Shown here in pieces: positions 26,301 to 42,200 of a DNA stretch of 64,000 nucleotides (position 1 is the stretch's first letter; the number at the start of each line of letters is the position of its first letter). The notes beneath the pieces were generated by a model. That model searched no databases. It worked only from the letters and a program-made list of their open reading frames with translations, and had not been told where the DNA came from. Both the position numbers and the translations under genes were made by a program. Origin of the DNA: Auanema rhodensis (lineage: Eukaryota; Animalia; Nematoda); the NCBI GenBank assembly GCA_964057225.1, contig OZ059900.1:2976001-3040000 (forward strand). Direction: 5' to 3'.

Positions 26301-29300
26301 GTTTAAATCACTAAATTTCGCTCAAATAGCATTACTACACTAAGTATGGTCGTTTTTATGCCTTTAACACCATATACTCACCGATTTTTGGTACAAAATC
26401 TGTAATACTCGTAAATTTTGATCATATTCGTTAAGATTTGAGAATCAAACATACAATACACAAAATCAGTCTATTTTTATGAGCTCGCACTGATATATAT
26501 TCATTTTGATCAAAAAAGGTCGAAAATAGAAAGAATTTTTGAAATTTACGAGTTTTGAATCTAATTTGGCTAAATCGCTCATATATATGATCAAAAGCAT
26601 AGTTTTACTGTCTATGATAACAAAAGTCTTCAAATATACACTAATAATGATTTAATCACTGAATTTCACTCAAATAGCATTACTACACTAAGTATGGTCG
26701 TTTTTATGCCTTTAACACCATATACTCACCGATTTTTGGTACAAAATCTGTGATACTCGTAAATTTTGATCATATTCGGTGAGATTCGAGAATCAAACAC
26801 ACAATACACGAAATAAGTTTATTTTTACGAGTTTGCACTGATATTTATTCATTTTGATCAAAAAAGGTCGAAAATAGAAAGAATTTTTGAAATTTCCGAG
26901 TTTTGAGTCTAATTTGGCTAAATCGCTCATATATATGATCAAAAGCATAGTTTTACTGTCTATGATAACAAAAGTCTTCAAATATACACTAATAATGTGT
27001 AAATCACTGAATTTCACTCAAATAGCATTACTACACTAAGTATGGTCGTTTTTATGCCTTTAACACCATATACTCACCGATTTTTGGTACAAAATCTGTG
27101 ATACTCGTAAATTTTGATCATATTTGGTGAGATTCTAGAATCAAACACACAATACACGAAATAAGTTTATTTTTACGAGTTTGCACTGATATTTATTCAT
27201 TTTGATCAAAAAAGGTCGAAAATAGAAAGAATTTTTGAAATTTCCGAGTTTTGAGTCTAATTTGGCTAAATCGCTCATATATATGATCAAAAGCATAGTT
27301 TTATTGTCTATGACAACAAAAGTCATCAATTAAACGCTAGTGATGTTTAAATACTGAATTTCGCTCAAATAGCATTACTACACTAAGTATGGTCGTTTTT
27401 ATGCCTTTAACACCATATACTCACCGATTTTTGGTACAAAATCTGTAATACTCGTAAATTTTGATCATATTCGTTAAGATTTGAGAATCAAACATACAAT
27501 ACACAAAATCAGTCTATTTTTATGAGCTTGCACTGATATATATTCATTTTGATCAAAAAAGGTCGAAAATAGAAAGAATTTTTGAAATTTACGAGTTTTG
27601 AGTCTAATTTGGCTAAATCGCTCATATATATGATCAGAAGCATAGTTTTATTGTCTATGACAACGAAAGTCATTAATTAAACACTAATGATGTTTAAATC
27701 ACTACATTTCGCTCAAATAGCATTACTACACTAAGTATGGTCGTTTTTATGCCTTTAACACCATATACTCACCGATTTTTGGTACAAAATCTGTAATACT
27801 CGTAAATTTTGATCATATTCGGTGAGATTCGAGAATCAAACACACAATGCACGAAATAAGTTTATTTTGACGAGTTTGCACTGATATTTATTCATTTTGA
27901 TCAAAAAAGGTCGAAAATAGAAAGAATTTTTGAATTTTCCGAGTTTTGAGTCCAATTGGGCTAAATCGCTCATATATATGATCAAAAGCATAGTTTTACT
28001 GTCTATGATAACAAAAGTCTTCAAATATACACTAATGATGTGTAAATCACTGAATTTCACTCAAATAGCTTTACTACACTAAGTATGGTCGTTTTTATGC
28101 CTTTAACACCATATACTCACCGATTTTTGGTACAAAATCTGTAATACTCGTAAATTTTGATCATATTTGTTAAGATTTGAGAATCAAACATACAATACAC
28201 AAAATCAGTCTATTTTTATGAGCTTGCACTGATATATATTCATTTTGATCAAAAAAGGTGGAAAATAGAAAGAATTTTTGAAATTTCCGAGTTTTGAGTC
28301 TAATTTGGCTAAATCGCTCATATATATGATCAAAAGCATAGTTTTACTGTCTATGATAACAAAAGTCTTCAAATATACACTAATGATGTGTAAATCACTG
28401 AATTTCACTCAAATAGCTTTACTACACTAAGTATGGTCGTTTTTATGCCTTTAACACCATATACTCACCGATTTTTGGTACAAAATCTGTGATACTCGTA
28501 AATTTTGATCATATTCGGTGAGATTCGAGAATCAAACACACAATACACGAAATAAGTTTATTTTTACGAGTTTGCACTGATATTTATTCATTTTGATCAA
28601 AAAAGGTCGAAAATAGAAAGATTTTTTGAAATTTCCGAGTTTTGAGTCTAATTTGGCTAAATCGCTCATGTATATGATCAAAAGCATAGTTTTACTGTCT
28701 ATGATAACAAAAGTCTTCAAATATACACTAATAATGTGTAAATCACTGAATTTCACTCAAATAGCATTACTACACTAAGTATGGTCGTTTTTATGCCTTT
28801 AACACCATATACTCACCGATTTTTGGTACAAAATCTGTGATACTCGTAAATTTTGATCATATTCGGTGAGATTCCAGAATCAAACACACAATACACGAAA
28901 TAAGTTTATTTTTACGAGTTTGCACTGATATTTATTCATTTTGATCAAAAAAGGTCGAAAATAGAAAGAATTTTTGAAATTTCCGAGTTTTGAGTCTAAT
29001 TTGGCTAAATCGCTCATATATATGATCAAAAGCATAGTTTTATTGTCTATGACAACAAAAGTCATCAATTAAACGCTAGTGATGTTTAAATACTGAATTT
29101 CGCTCAAATAGCATTACTACACTAAGTATGGTCGTTTTTATGCCTTTAACACCATATACTCACCGATTTTTGGTACAAAATCTGTAATACTCGTAAATTT
29201 TGATCATATTCGTTAAGATTTGAGAATCAAACATACAATACACAAAATCAGTCTATTTTTATGAGCTTGCACTGATATATATTCATTTTGATCAAAAAAG

Positions 29301-32300
29301 GTCGAAAATAGAAAGAATTTTTGAAATTTACGAGTTTTGAGTCTAATTTGGCTAAATCGCTCATATATATGATCAGAAGCATAGTTTTATTGTCTATGAC
29401 AACGAAAGTCATTAATTAAACACTAATGATGTTTAAATCACTAAATTTCGCTCAAATAGCATTACTACACTAAGTATGGTCGTTTTTATGCCTTTAACAC
29501 CATATACTCACCGATTTTTGGTACAAAATCTGTAATACTCGTAAATTTTGATCATATTCGGTGAGATTCGAGAATCAAACACACAATGCACGAAATAAGT
29601 TTATTTTGACGAGTTTGCACTGATATTTATTCATTTTGATCAAAAAAGGTCGAAAATAGAAAGAATTTTTGAATTTTCCGAGTTTTGAGTCCAATTGGGC
29701 TAAATCGCTCATATATATGATCAAAAGCATAGTTTTACTGTCTATGATAACAAAAGTCTTCAAATATACACTAATGATGTGTAAATCACTGAATTTCACT
29801 CAAATAGCTTTACTACACTAAGTATGGTCGTTTTTATGCCTTTAACACCATATACTCACCGATTTTTGGTACAAAATCTGTAATACTCGTAAATTTTGAT
29901 CATATTTGTTAAGATTTGAGAATCAAACATACAATACACAAAATCAGTCTATTTTTATGAGCTTGCACTGATATATATTCATTTTGATCAAAAAAGGTGG
30001 AAAATAGAAAGAATTTTTGAAATTTCCGAGTTTTGAGTCTAATTTGGCTAAATCGCTCATATATATGATCAAAAGCATAGTTTTACTGTCTATGATAACA
30101 AAAGTCTTCAAATATACACTAATGATGTGTAAATCACTGAATTTCACTCAAATAGCTTTACTACACTAAGTATGGTCGTTTTTATGCCTTTAACACCATA
30201 TACTCACCGATTTTTGGTACAAAATCTGTGATACTCGTAAATTTTGATCATATTCGGTGAGATTCGAGAATCAAACACACAATACACGAAATAAGTTTAT
30301 TTTTACGAGTTTGCACTGATATTTATTCATTTTGATCAAAAAAGGTCGAAAATAGAAAGATTTTTTGAAATTTCCGAGTTTTGAGTCTAATTTGGCTAAA
30401 TCGCTCATGTATATGATCAAAAGCATAGTTTTACTGTCTATGATAACAAAAGTCTTCAAATATACACTAATAATGTGTAAATCACTGAATTTCACTCAAA
30501 TAGCATTACTACACTAAGTATGGTCGTTTTTATGCCTTTAACACCATATACTCACCGATTTTTGGTACAAAATCTGTGATACTCGTAAATTTTGATCATA
30601 TTCGGTGAGATTCCAGAATCAAACACACAATACACGAAATAAGTTTATTTTTACGAGTTTGCACTGATATTTATTCATTTTGATCAAAAAAGGTCGAAAA
30701 TAGAAAGAATTTTTGAAATTTCCGAGTTTTGAGTCTAATTTGGCTAAATCGCTCATATATATGATCAAAAGCATAGTTTTATTGTCTATGACAACAAAAG
30801 TCATTAATTAAACGCTAGTGATGTTTAAATACTGAATTTCGCTCAAATAGCATTACTACACTAAGTATGGTCGTTTTTATGCCTTTAACACCATATACTC
30901 ACCGATTTTTGGTACAAAATCTGTAATACTCGTAAATTTTGATCATATTCGTTAAGATTTGAGAATCAAACATACAATACACAAAATCAGTCTATTTTTA
31001 TGAGCTTGCACTGATATATATTCATTTTGATCAAAAAAGGTCGAAAATAGAAAGAATTTTTGAAATTTCCGAGTTTTGAGTCTAATTTGGCTAAATCGCT
31101 CATATATATGATCAAAAGCATAGTTTTATTGTCTATGACAACAAAAGTCATCAATTAAACGCTAGTGATGTTTAAATACTGAATTTCGCTCAAATAGCAT
31201 TACTACACTAAGTATGGTCGTTTTTATGCCTTTAACACCATATACTCACCGATTTTTGGTACAAAATCTGTAATACTCGTAAATTTTGATCATATTCGTT
31301 AAGATTTGAGAATCAAACATACAATACACAAAATCAGTCTATTTTTATGAGCTTGCACTGATATATATTCATTTTGATCAAAAAAGGTCGAAAATAGAAA
31401 GAATTTTTGAAATTTACGAGTTTTGAGTCTAATTTGGCTAAATCGCTCATATATATGATCAGAAGCATAGTTTTATTGTCTATGACAACGAAAGTCATTA
31501 ATTAAACACTAATGATGTTTAAATCACTAAATTTCGCTCAAATAGCATTACTACACTAAGTATGGTCGTTTTTATGCCTTTAACACCATATACTCACCGA
31601 TTTTTGGTACAAAATCTGTAATACTCGTAAATTTTGATCATATTCGGTGAGATTCGAGAATCAAACACACAATGCACGAAATAAGTTTATTTTGACGAGT
31701 TTGCACTGATATTTATTCATTTTGATCAAAAAAGGTCGAAAATAGAAAGAATTTTTGAATTTTCCGAGTTTTGAGTCCAATTGGGCTAAATCGCTCATAT
31801 ATATGATCAAAAGCATAGTTTTACTGTCTATGATAACAAAAGTCTTCAAATATACACTAATGATGTGTAAATCACTGAATTTCACTCAAATAGCTTTACT
31901 ACACTAAGTATGGTCGTTTTTATGCCTTTAACACCATATACTCACCGATTTTTGGTACAAAATCTGTAATACTCGTAAATTTTGATCATATTTGTTAAGA
32001 TTTGAGAATCAAACATACAATACACAAAATCAGTCTATTTTTATGAGCTTGCACTGATATATATTCATTTTGATCAAAAAAGGTGGAAAATAGAAAGAAT
32101 TTTTGAAATTTCCGAGTTTTGAGTCTAATTTGGCTAAATCGCTCATATATATGATCAAAAGCATAGTTTTACTGTCTATGATAACAAAAGTCTTCAAATA
32201 TACACTAATAATGTGTAAATCACTGAATTTCACTCAAATAGCATTACTACACTAAGTATGGTCGTTTTTATGCCTTTAACACCATATACTCACCGATTTT

Positions 32301-35300
32301 TGGTACAAAATCTGTGATACTCGTAAATTTTGATCATATTCGGTGAGATTCCAGAATCAAACACACAATACACGAAATAAGTTTATTTTTACGAGTTTGC
32401 ACTGATATTTATTCATTTTGATCAAAAAAGGTCGAAAATAGAAAGAATTTTTGAAATTTCCGAGTTTTGAGTCTAATTTGGCTAAATCGCTCATATATAT
32501 GATCAAAAGCATAGTTTTATTGTCTATGACAACAAAAGTCATTAATTAAACGCTAGTGATTTTTAAATACTGAATTTCGCTCAAATAGCATTACTACACT
32601 AAGTATGGTCGTTTTTATGCCTTTAACACCATATACTCACCGATTTTTGGTACAAAATCTGTAATACTCGTAAATTTTGATCATATTCGTTAAGATTTGA
32701 GAATCAAACATACAATACACAAAATCAGTCTATTTTTATGAGCTTGCACTGATATATATTCATTTTGATCAAAAAAGGTCGAAAATAGAAAGAATTTTTG
32801 AAATTTACGAGTTTTGAGTCTAATTTGGCTAAATCGCTCATATATATGATCAGAAGCATAGTTTTATTGTCTATGACAACGAAAGTCATTAATTAAACAC
32901 TAATGATGTTTAAATCACTAAATTTCGCTCAAATAGCATTACTACACTAAGTATGGTCGTTTTTATGCCTTTAACACCATATACTCACCGATTTTTGGTA
33001 GAAAATCTGTAATACTCGTAAATTTTGATCATATTCGGTGAGATTCGAGAATCAAACACACAATGCACGAAATAAGTTTATTTTGACGAGTTTGCACTGA
33101 TATTTATTCATTTTGATCAAAAAAGGTCGAAAATAGAAAGAATTTTTGAATTTTCCGAGTTTTGAGTCCAATTGGGCTAAATCGCTCATATATATGATCA
33201 AAAGCATAGTTTTACTGTCTATGATAACAAAAGTCTTCAAATATACACTAATGATGTGTAAATCACTGAATTTCACTCAAATAGCTTTACTACACTAAGT
33301 ATGGTCGTTTTTATGCCTTTAACACCATATACTCACCGATTTTTGGTACAAAATCTGTAATACTCGTAAATTTTGATCATATTCGTTAAGATTTGAGAAT
33401 CAAACATACAATACACAAAATTAGTCTATTTTTATGAGCTTGCACTGATATATATTCATTTTGATCAAAAAAGGTCGAAAATAGAAAGAATTTTTGAAAT
33501 TTCCGAGTTTTGAGTCTAATTTGGCTAAATCGCTCATATATATGATCAAAAGCATAGTTTTACTGTCTATGATAACAAAAGTCTTCAAATATACACTAAT
33601 GATGTGTAAATCACTGAATTTCACTCAAATAGCTTTACTACACTAAGTATGGTCGTTTTTATGCCTTTAACACCATATACTCACCGATTTTTGGTACAAA
33701 ATCTGTGATACTCGTAAATTTTGATCATATTCGGTGAGATTCGAGAATCAAACACACAATACACGAAATAAGTTTATTTTTACGAGTTTGCACTGATATT
33801 TATTCATTTTGATCAAAAAAGGTCGAAAATAGAAAGAATTTTTGAAATTTCCGAGTTTTGAGTCTAATTTGGCTAAATCCCTCATGTATATGATCAAAAG
33901 CATAGTTTTACTGTCTATGATAACAAAAGTCTTCAAATATACACTAATAATGTGTAAATCACTGAATTTCACTCAAATAGCATTACTACACTAAGTATGG
34001 TCGTTTTTATGCCTTTAACACCATATACTCACCGATTTTTGGTACAAAATCTGTGATACTCGTAAATTTTGATCATATTCGGTGAGATTCCAGAATCAAA
34101 CACACAATACACGAAATAAGTTTATTTTTACGAGTTTGCACTGATATTTATTCATTTTGATCAAAAAAGGTCGAAAATAGAAAGAATTTTTGAAATTTCC
34201 GAGTTTTGAGTCTAATTTGGCTAAATCGCTCATATACATGATCAGAAGCATAGTTTTATTGTCTATGACAACAAAAGTCATCAATTAAACGCTAGTGATG
34301 TTTAAATACTGATTTTCGCTCAAATAGCATTACTACACTAAGTATGGTCGTTTTTATGCCTTTAACACCATATACTCACCGATTTTTGGTACAAAATCTG
34401 TGATACTCGTAAATTTTGATCATATTCGGTGAGATTCGAGAATCAAACACACAATACACGAAATAAGTTTATTTTTACGAGTTTGCACTGATATTTATTC
34501 ATTTTGATCAAAAAAGGTCGAAAATAGAAAGAATTTTTGAAATTTCCGAGTTTTGAGTCTAATTTGGCTAAATCGCTCATATATATGATCAAAAGCATAG
34601 TTTTATTGTCTATGACAACAAAAGTCATCAATCAAACGCTAGTGATGTTTTAAATACTGATTTTCGCTCAAATAGCATTACTACACTAAGTATGGTCGTT
34701 TTTATGCCTTTAACACCATATACTCACCGATTTTTGGTACAAAATCTGTGATACTCGTAAATTTTGATCATATTCGGTGAGATTCGAGAATCAAACACAC
34801 AATGCACGAAATAAGTTTATTTTGACGAGTTTGCACTGATATTTATTCATTTTGATCAAAAAAGGTCGAAAATAGAAAGAATTTTTGAATTTTCCGAGTT
34901 TTGAGTCCAATTGGGCTAAATCGCTCATATATATGATCAAAAGCATAGTTTTACTGTCTATGATAACAAAAGTCTTCAAATATACACTAATAATGTGTAA
35001 ATCACTGAATTTCACTCAAATAGCTTTACTACACTAAGTGTGGTCGTTTTTATGCCTTTAACACCATATACTCAACGATTTTTGGTACAAAATCTGTAAT
35101 ACTCGTAAATTTTGATCATATTCGTTAAGATTTGAGAATCAAACATACAATACACAAAATCAGTCTATTTTTATGAGCTTGCACTGATATATATTCATTT
35201 TGATCAAAAAAGGTCGAAAATAGAGAGAATTTTTGAAATTTCCGAGTTTTGAGTCTAATTTGGCTAAATCGCTCATATACATGATCAGAAGCATAGTTTT

Positions 35301-38300
35301 ATTGTCTATGACAACAAAAGTCATCAATTAAACGCTAGTGATGTTTAAATACTGATTTTCGCTCAAATAGCATTACTACACTAAGTATGGTCGTTTTTAT
35401 GCCTTTAACACCATATACTCACCGATTTTTGGTACAAAATCTGTGATACTCGTAAATTTCGATCATATTCGGTGAGATTCGAGAATCAAACACACAATGC
35501 ACGAAATAAGTTTATTTTGACGAGTTTGCACTGATATTTATTCATTTTGATCAAAAAAGGTCGAAAATAGAAAGAATTTTTGAATTTTCCGAGTTTTGAG
35601 TCCAATTGGGCTAAATCGCTCATATATATGATCAAAAGCATAGTTTTACTGTCTATGATAACAAAAGTCTTCAAATATACACTAATGATGTGTAAATCAC
35701 TGAATTTCACTCAAATAGCTTTACTACACTAAGTATGGTCGTTTTTATGCCTTTAACACCATATACTCACCGATTTTTGGTACAAAATCTGTAATACTCG
35801 TAAATTTTGATCATATTCGTTAAGATTTGAGAATCAAACATACAATACACAAAATTAGTCTATTTTTATGAGCTTGCACTGATATATATTCATTTTGATC
35901 AAAAAAGGTAGAAAATAGAAAGAATTTTTGAAATTTCCGAGTTTTGAGTCTAATTTGGCTAAATCGCTCATATATATGATCAAAAGCATAGTTTTACTGT
36001 CTATGATAACAAAAGTCTTCAAATATACACTAATGATGTGTAAATCACTGAATTTCACTCAAATAGCTTTACTACACTAAGTATGGTCGTTTTTATGCCT
36101 TTAACACCATATACTCACCGATTTTTGGTACAAAATCTGTGATACTCGTAAATTTTGATCATATTCGGTGAGATTCGAGAATCAAACACACAATACACGA
36201 AATAAGTTTATTTTTACGAGTTTGCACTGATATTTATTCATTTTGATCAAAAAAGGTCGAAAATAGAAAGAATTTTTGAAATTTCCGAGTTTTGAGTCTA
36301 ATTTGGCTAAATCCCTCATGTATATGATCAAAAGCATAGCTTTACTGTCTATGATAACAAAAGTCTTCAAATATACACTAATAATGTGTAAATCACTGAA
36401 TTTCACTCAAATAGCATTACTACACTAAGTATGGTCGTTTTTATGCCTTTAACACCATATACTCACCGATTTTTGGTACAAAATCTGTGATACTCGTAAA
36501 TTTTGATCATATTCGGTGAGATTCCAGAATCAAACACACAATACACGAAATAAGTTTATTTTTACGAGTTTGCACTGATATTTATTCATTTTGATCAAAA
36601 AAGGTCGAAAATAGAAAGAATTTTTGAAATTTCCGAGTTTTGAGTCTAATTTGGCTAAATCGCTCATATACATGATCAGAAGCATAGTTTTATTGTCTAT
36701 GACAACAAAAGTCATCAATTAAACGCTAGTGATGTTTAAATACTGATTTTCGCTCAAATAGCATTACTACACTAAGTATGGTCGTTTTTATGCCTTTAAC
36801 ACCATATACTCACCGATTTTTGGTACAAAATCTGTGATACTCGTAAATTTTGATCATATTCGGTGAGATCCGAGAATCAAACACACAATACACGAAATAA
36901 GTTTATTTTTACGAGTTTGCACTGATATTTATTCATTTTGATCAAAAAAGGTCGAAAATAGAAAGAATTTTTGAAATTTCCGAGTTTTGAGTCTATTTTG
37001 GCTAAATCGCTCATATATATGATCAAAAGCATAGTTTTACTGTCTATGATAACAAAAGTCTTCAAATATACACTAATAATGTGTAAATCACTGAATTTCA
37101 CTCAAATAGCATTACTACACTAAGTATGGTCGTTTTTATGCCTTTAACACCATATACTCACCGATTTTTGGTACAAAATCTGTGATACTCGTAAATTTTG
37201 ATCATATTCGGTGAGATTCGAGAATCAAACACACAATACACGAAATAAGTTTATTTTTACGAGTTTGCACTGATATTTATTCATTTTGATCAAAAAAGGT
37301 CGAAAATAGAAAGAATTTTTGAAATTTCCGAGTTTTGAGTCTAATTTGGCTAAATCGCTCATATATATGATCAAAAGCATAGTTTTATTGTCTATGACAA
37401 CAAAAGTCATCAATTAAACGCTAGTGATGTTTAAATACTGATTTTCGCTCAAATAGCATTACTACACTAAGTATGGTCGTTTTTATGCCTTTAACACCAT
37501 ATACTCACCGATTTTTGGTACAAAATCTGTGATACTCGTAAATTTTGATCATATTCGGTGAGATTCGAGAATCAAACACACAATGCACGAAATAAGTTTA
37601 TTTTGACGAGTTTGCACTGATATTTATTCATTTTGATCAAAAAAGGTCGAAAATAGAAAGAATTTTTGAATTTTCCGAGTTTTGAGTCCAATTGGGCTAA
37701 ATCGCTCATATATATGATCAAAAGCATAGTTTTACTGTCTATGATAACAAAAGTCTTCAAATATACACTAATAATGTGTAAATCACTGAATTTCACTCAA
37801 ATAGCTTTACTACACTAAGTGTGGTCGTTTTTATGCCTTTAACACCATATACTCAACGATTTTTGGTACAAAATCTGTAATACTCGTAAATTTTGATCAT
37901 ATTCGTTAAGATTTGAGAATCAAACATACAATACACAAAATCAGTCTATTTTTATGAGCTTGCACTGATATATATTCATTTTGATCAAAAAAGGTCGAAA
38001 ATAGAAAGAATTTTTGAAATTTCCGAGTTTTGAGTCTAATTTGGCTAAATCGCTCATATACATGATCAGAAGCATAGTTTTATTGTCTATGACAACAAAA
38101 GTCATCAATTAAACGCTAGTGATGTTTAAATACTGATTTTCGCTCAAATAGCATTACTACACTAAGTATGGTCGTTTTTATGCCTTTAACACCATATACT
38201 CACCGATTTTTGGTACAAAATCTGTGATACTCGTAAATTTCGATCATATTCGGTGAGATTCGAGAATCAAACACACAATGCACGAAATAAGTTTATTTTG

Positions 38301-39297
38301 ACGAGTTTGCACTGATATTTATTCATTTTGATCAAAAAAGGTCGAAAATAGAAAGAATTTTTGAATTTTCCGAGTTTTGAGTCCAATTGGGCTAAATCGC
38401 TCATATATATGATCAAAAGCATAGTTTTACTGTCTATGATAACAAAAGTCTTCAAATATACACTAATGATGTGTAAATCACTGAATTTCACTCAAATAGC
38501 TTTACTACACTAAGTATGGTCGTTTTTATGCCTTTAACACCATATACTCACCGATTTTTGGTACAAAATCTGTAATACTCGTAAATTTTGATCATATTCG
38601 TTAAGATTTGAGAATCAAACATACAATACACAAAATCAGTCTATTTTTATGAGCTTGCACTGATATATATTCATTTTGACCAAAAAAGGTCGAAAATAGA
38701 AAGAATTTTTGAAATTTCGGAGTTTTGAGTCTAATTTGGCTAAATCGCTCATATATATGATCAAAAGCATAGTTTTACTGTCTATGATAACAAAAGTCTT
38801 CAAATATACACTAATAATGTGTAAATCACTGAATTTCACTCAAATAGCTTCACTACACTAAGTATGGTCGTTTTTATGCCTTTAACACCATATACTCACC
38901 GATTTTTGGTACAAAATCTGTGATACTCGTAAATTTTGATCATATTCGGTGAGATTCGAGAATCAAACACACAATACACGAAATAAGTTTATTTTTACGA
39001 GTTTGCACTGATATTTATTCATTTTGATCAAAAAAGGTCGAAAATAGAAAGAATTTTTGAAATTTCCGAGTTTTGAGTCTAATTTGGCTAAATCGCTCAT
39101 ATATATGATCAAAAGCATAGTTTTACTGTCTATGATAACAAAAGTCTTCAAATATACACTAATAATGTGTAAATCACTGAATTTCACTCAAATAGCATTA
39201 CTACACTAAGTATGGTCGTTTTTATGCCTTTAACACCATATACTCACCGATTTTTGGTACAAAATCTGTAATACTCGTAAATTTTGATCATATTCGT

Positions 39298-42200
39298 TAA
39301 GATTTGAGAATCAAACATACAATACACAAAATCAGTCTATTTTTATGAGCTTGCACTGATATATATTTATTTTGATCAAAAAAGGTCGAAAATAGAAAGA
39401 ATTTTTGAAATTTCCGAGTTTTGAGTCTAATTTGGCTAAATCGCTCATATACATGATCAGAAGCATAGTTTTATTGTCTATGACAACAAAAGTCATCAAT
39501 TAAACGCTAGTGATGTTTAAATACTGATTTTCGCTCAAATAGCATTACTACACTAAGTATGGTCGTTTTTATGCCTTTAACACCATATACTCACCGATTT
39601 TTGGTACAAAATCTGTGATACTCGTAAATTTTGATCATATTCGGTGAGATTCGAGAATCAAACACACAATACACGAAATAAGTTTATTTTTACGAGTTTG
39701 CACTGATATTTATTCATTTTGATCAAAAAAGGTCGAAAATAGAAAGAATTTTTGAAATTTCCGAGTTTTGAGTCTAATTTGGCTAAATCGCTCATATATA
39801 TGATCAAAAGCATAGTTTTACTGTCTATGATAACAAAAGTCTTCAAATATACACTAATAATGTGTAAATCACTGAATTTCACTCAAATAGCATTACTACA
39901 CTAAGTATGGTCGTTTTTATGCCTTTAACACCATATACTCACCGATTTTTGGTACAAAATCTGTGATACTCGTAAATTTTGATCATATTCGGTGAGATTC
40001 GAGAATCAAACACACAATACACGAAATAAGTTTATTTTTACGAGTTTGCACTGATATTTATTCATTTTGATCAAAAAAGGTCGAAAATAGAAAGAATTTT
40101 TGAAATTTCCGAGTTTTGAGTCTAATTTGGCTAAATCGCTCATATATATGATCAAAAGCATAGTTTTATTGTCTATGACAACAAAAGTCATCAATTAAAC
40201 GCTAGTGATGTTTAAATACTGATTTTCGCTCAAATAGCATTACTACACTAAGTATGGTCGTTTTTATGCCTTTAACACCATATACTCACCGATTTTTGGT
40301 ACAAAATCTGTGATACTCGTAAATTTTGATCATATTCGGTGAGATTCGAGAATCAAACACACAATGCACGAAATAAGTTTATTTTGACGAGTTTGCACTG
40401 ATATTTATTCATTTTGATCAAAAAAGGTCGAAAATAGAAAGAATTTTTGAATTTTCCGAGTTTTGAGTCTAATTTGGCTAAATCGCTCATATATATGATC
40501 AAAAGCATAGTTTTACTGTCTATGATAACAAAAGTCTTCAAATATACACTAATAATGTGTAAATCACTGAATTTCACTCAAATAGCATTACTACACTAAG
40601 TATGGTCGTTTTTATGCCTTTAACACCATATACTCACCGATTTTTGGTACAAAATCTGTAATACTCGTAAATTTTGATCATATTCGTTAAGATTTGAGAA
40701 TCAAACATACAATACACAAAATCAGTCTATTTTTATGAGCTTGCACTGATATATATTTATTTTGATCAAAAAAGGTCGAAAATAGAAAGAATTTTTGAAA
40801 TTTCCGAGTTTTGAGTCTAATTTGGCTAAATCGCTCATATACATGATCAGAAGCATAGTTTTATTGTCTATGACAACAAAAGTCATCAATTAAACGCTAG
40901 TGATGTTTAAATACTGATTTTCGCTCAAATAGCATTACTACACTAAGTATGGTCGTTTTTATGCCTTTAACACCATATACTCACCGATTTTTGGTACAAA
41001 ATCTGTGATACTCGTAAATTTTGATCATATTCGGTGAGATTCGAGAATCAAACACACAATACACGAAATAAGTTTATTTTTACGAGTTTGCACTGATATT
41101 TATTCATTTTGATCAAAAAAGGTCGAAAATAGAAAGAATTTTTGAAATTTCCGAGTTTTGAGTCTAATTTGGCTAAATCGCTCATATATATGATCAAAAG
41201 CATAGTTTTACTGTCTATGATAACAAAAGTCTTCAAATATACACTAATAATGTGTAAATCACTGAATTTCACTCAAATAGCATTACTACACTAAGTATGG
41301 TCGTTTTTATGCCTTTAACACCATATACTCACCGATTTTTGGTACAAAATCTGTGATACTCGTAAATTTCGATCATATTCGGTGAGATTCGAGAATCAAA
41401 CACACAATACACGGAATAAGTTTATTTTTACGAGTTTGCACTGATATTTATTCATTTTGATCAAAAAAGGTCGAAAATAGAAAGAATTTTTGAAATTTCC
41501 GAGTTTTGAGTCTAATTTGGCTAAATCGCTCATATATATGATCAAAAGCATAGTTTTATTGTCTATGACAACAAAAGTCATCAATTAAACGCTAGTGATG
41601 TTTAAATACTGATTTTCGCTCAAATAGCATTACTACACTAAGTATGGTCGTTTTTATGCCTTTAACACCATATACTCACCGATTTTTGGTACAAAATCTG
41701 TGATACTCGTAAATTTTGATCATATTCGGTGAGATTCGAGAATCAAACACACAATGCACGAAATAAGTTTATTTTGACGAGTTTGCACTGATATTTATTC
41801 ATTTTGATCAAAAAAGGTCGAAAATAGAAAGAATTTTTGAATTTTCCGAGTTTTGAGTCTAATTTGGCTAAATCGCTCATATATATGAACAAAAGCATAG
41901 TTTTACTGTCTATGATAACAAAAGTCTTCAAATATACACTAATAATGTGTAAATCACTGAATTTCACTCAAATAGCATTACTACACTAAGTATGGTCGTT
42001 TTTATGCCTTTAACACCATATACTCACCGATTTTTGGTACAAAATCTGTAATACTCGTAAATTTTGATCATATTCGTTAAGATTTGAGAATCAAACATAC
42101 AATACACAAAATCAGTCTATTTTTATGAGCTTGCACTGATATATATTTATTTTGATCAAAAAAGGTCGAAAATAGAAAGAATTTTTGAAATTTCCGAGTT

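Larger units (their letters stand above)
697..33038. repeat. Left domain with a recurrent, frequently interrupted 5-monomer higher-order repeat (1739 bp = 4x348+347)
   Basis: Monomers with the same left haplotype recur at 1739 bp: 1405->3144, 5927->7666, 8709->10448, 27836->29575, 28205->29944, 28532->30271. The order is G'b-Tb-Gb-Gc-Ta. The last 'Ta' monomer is at 32691-33038. Confidence 0.85.
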
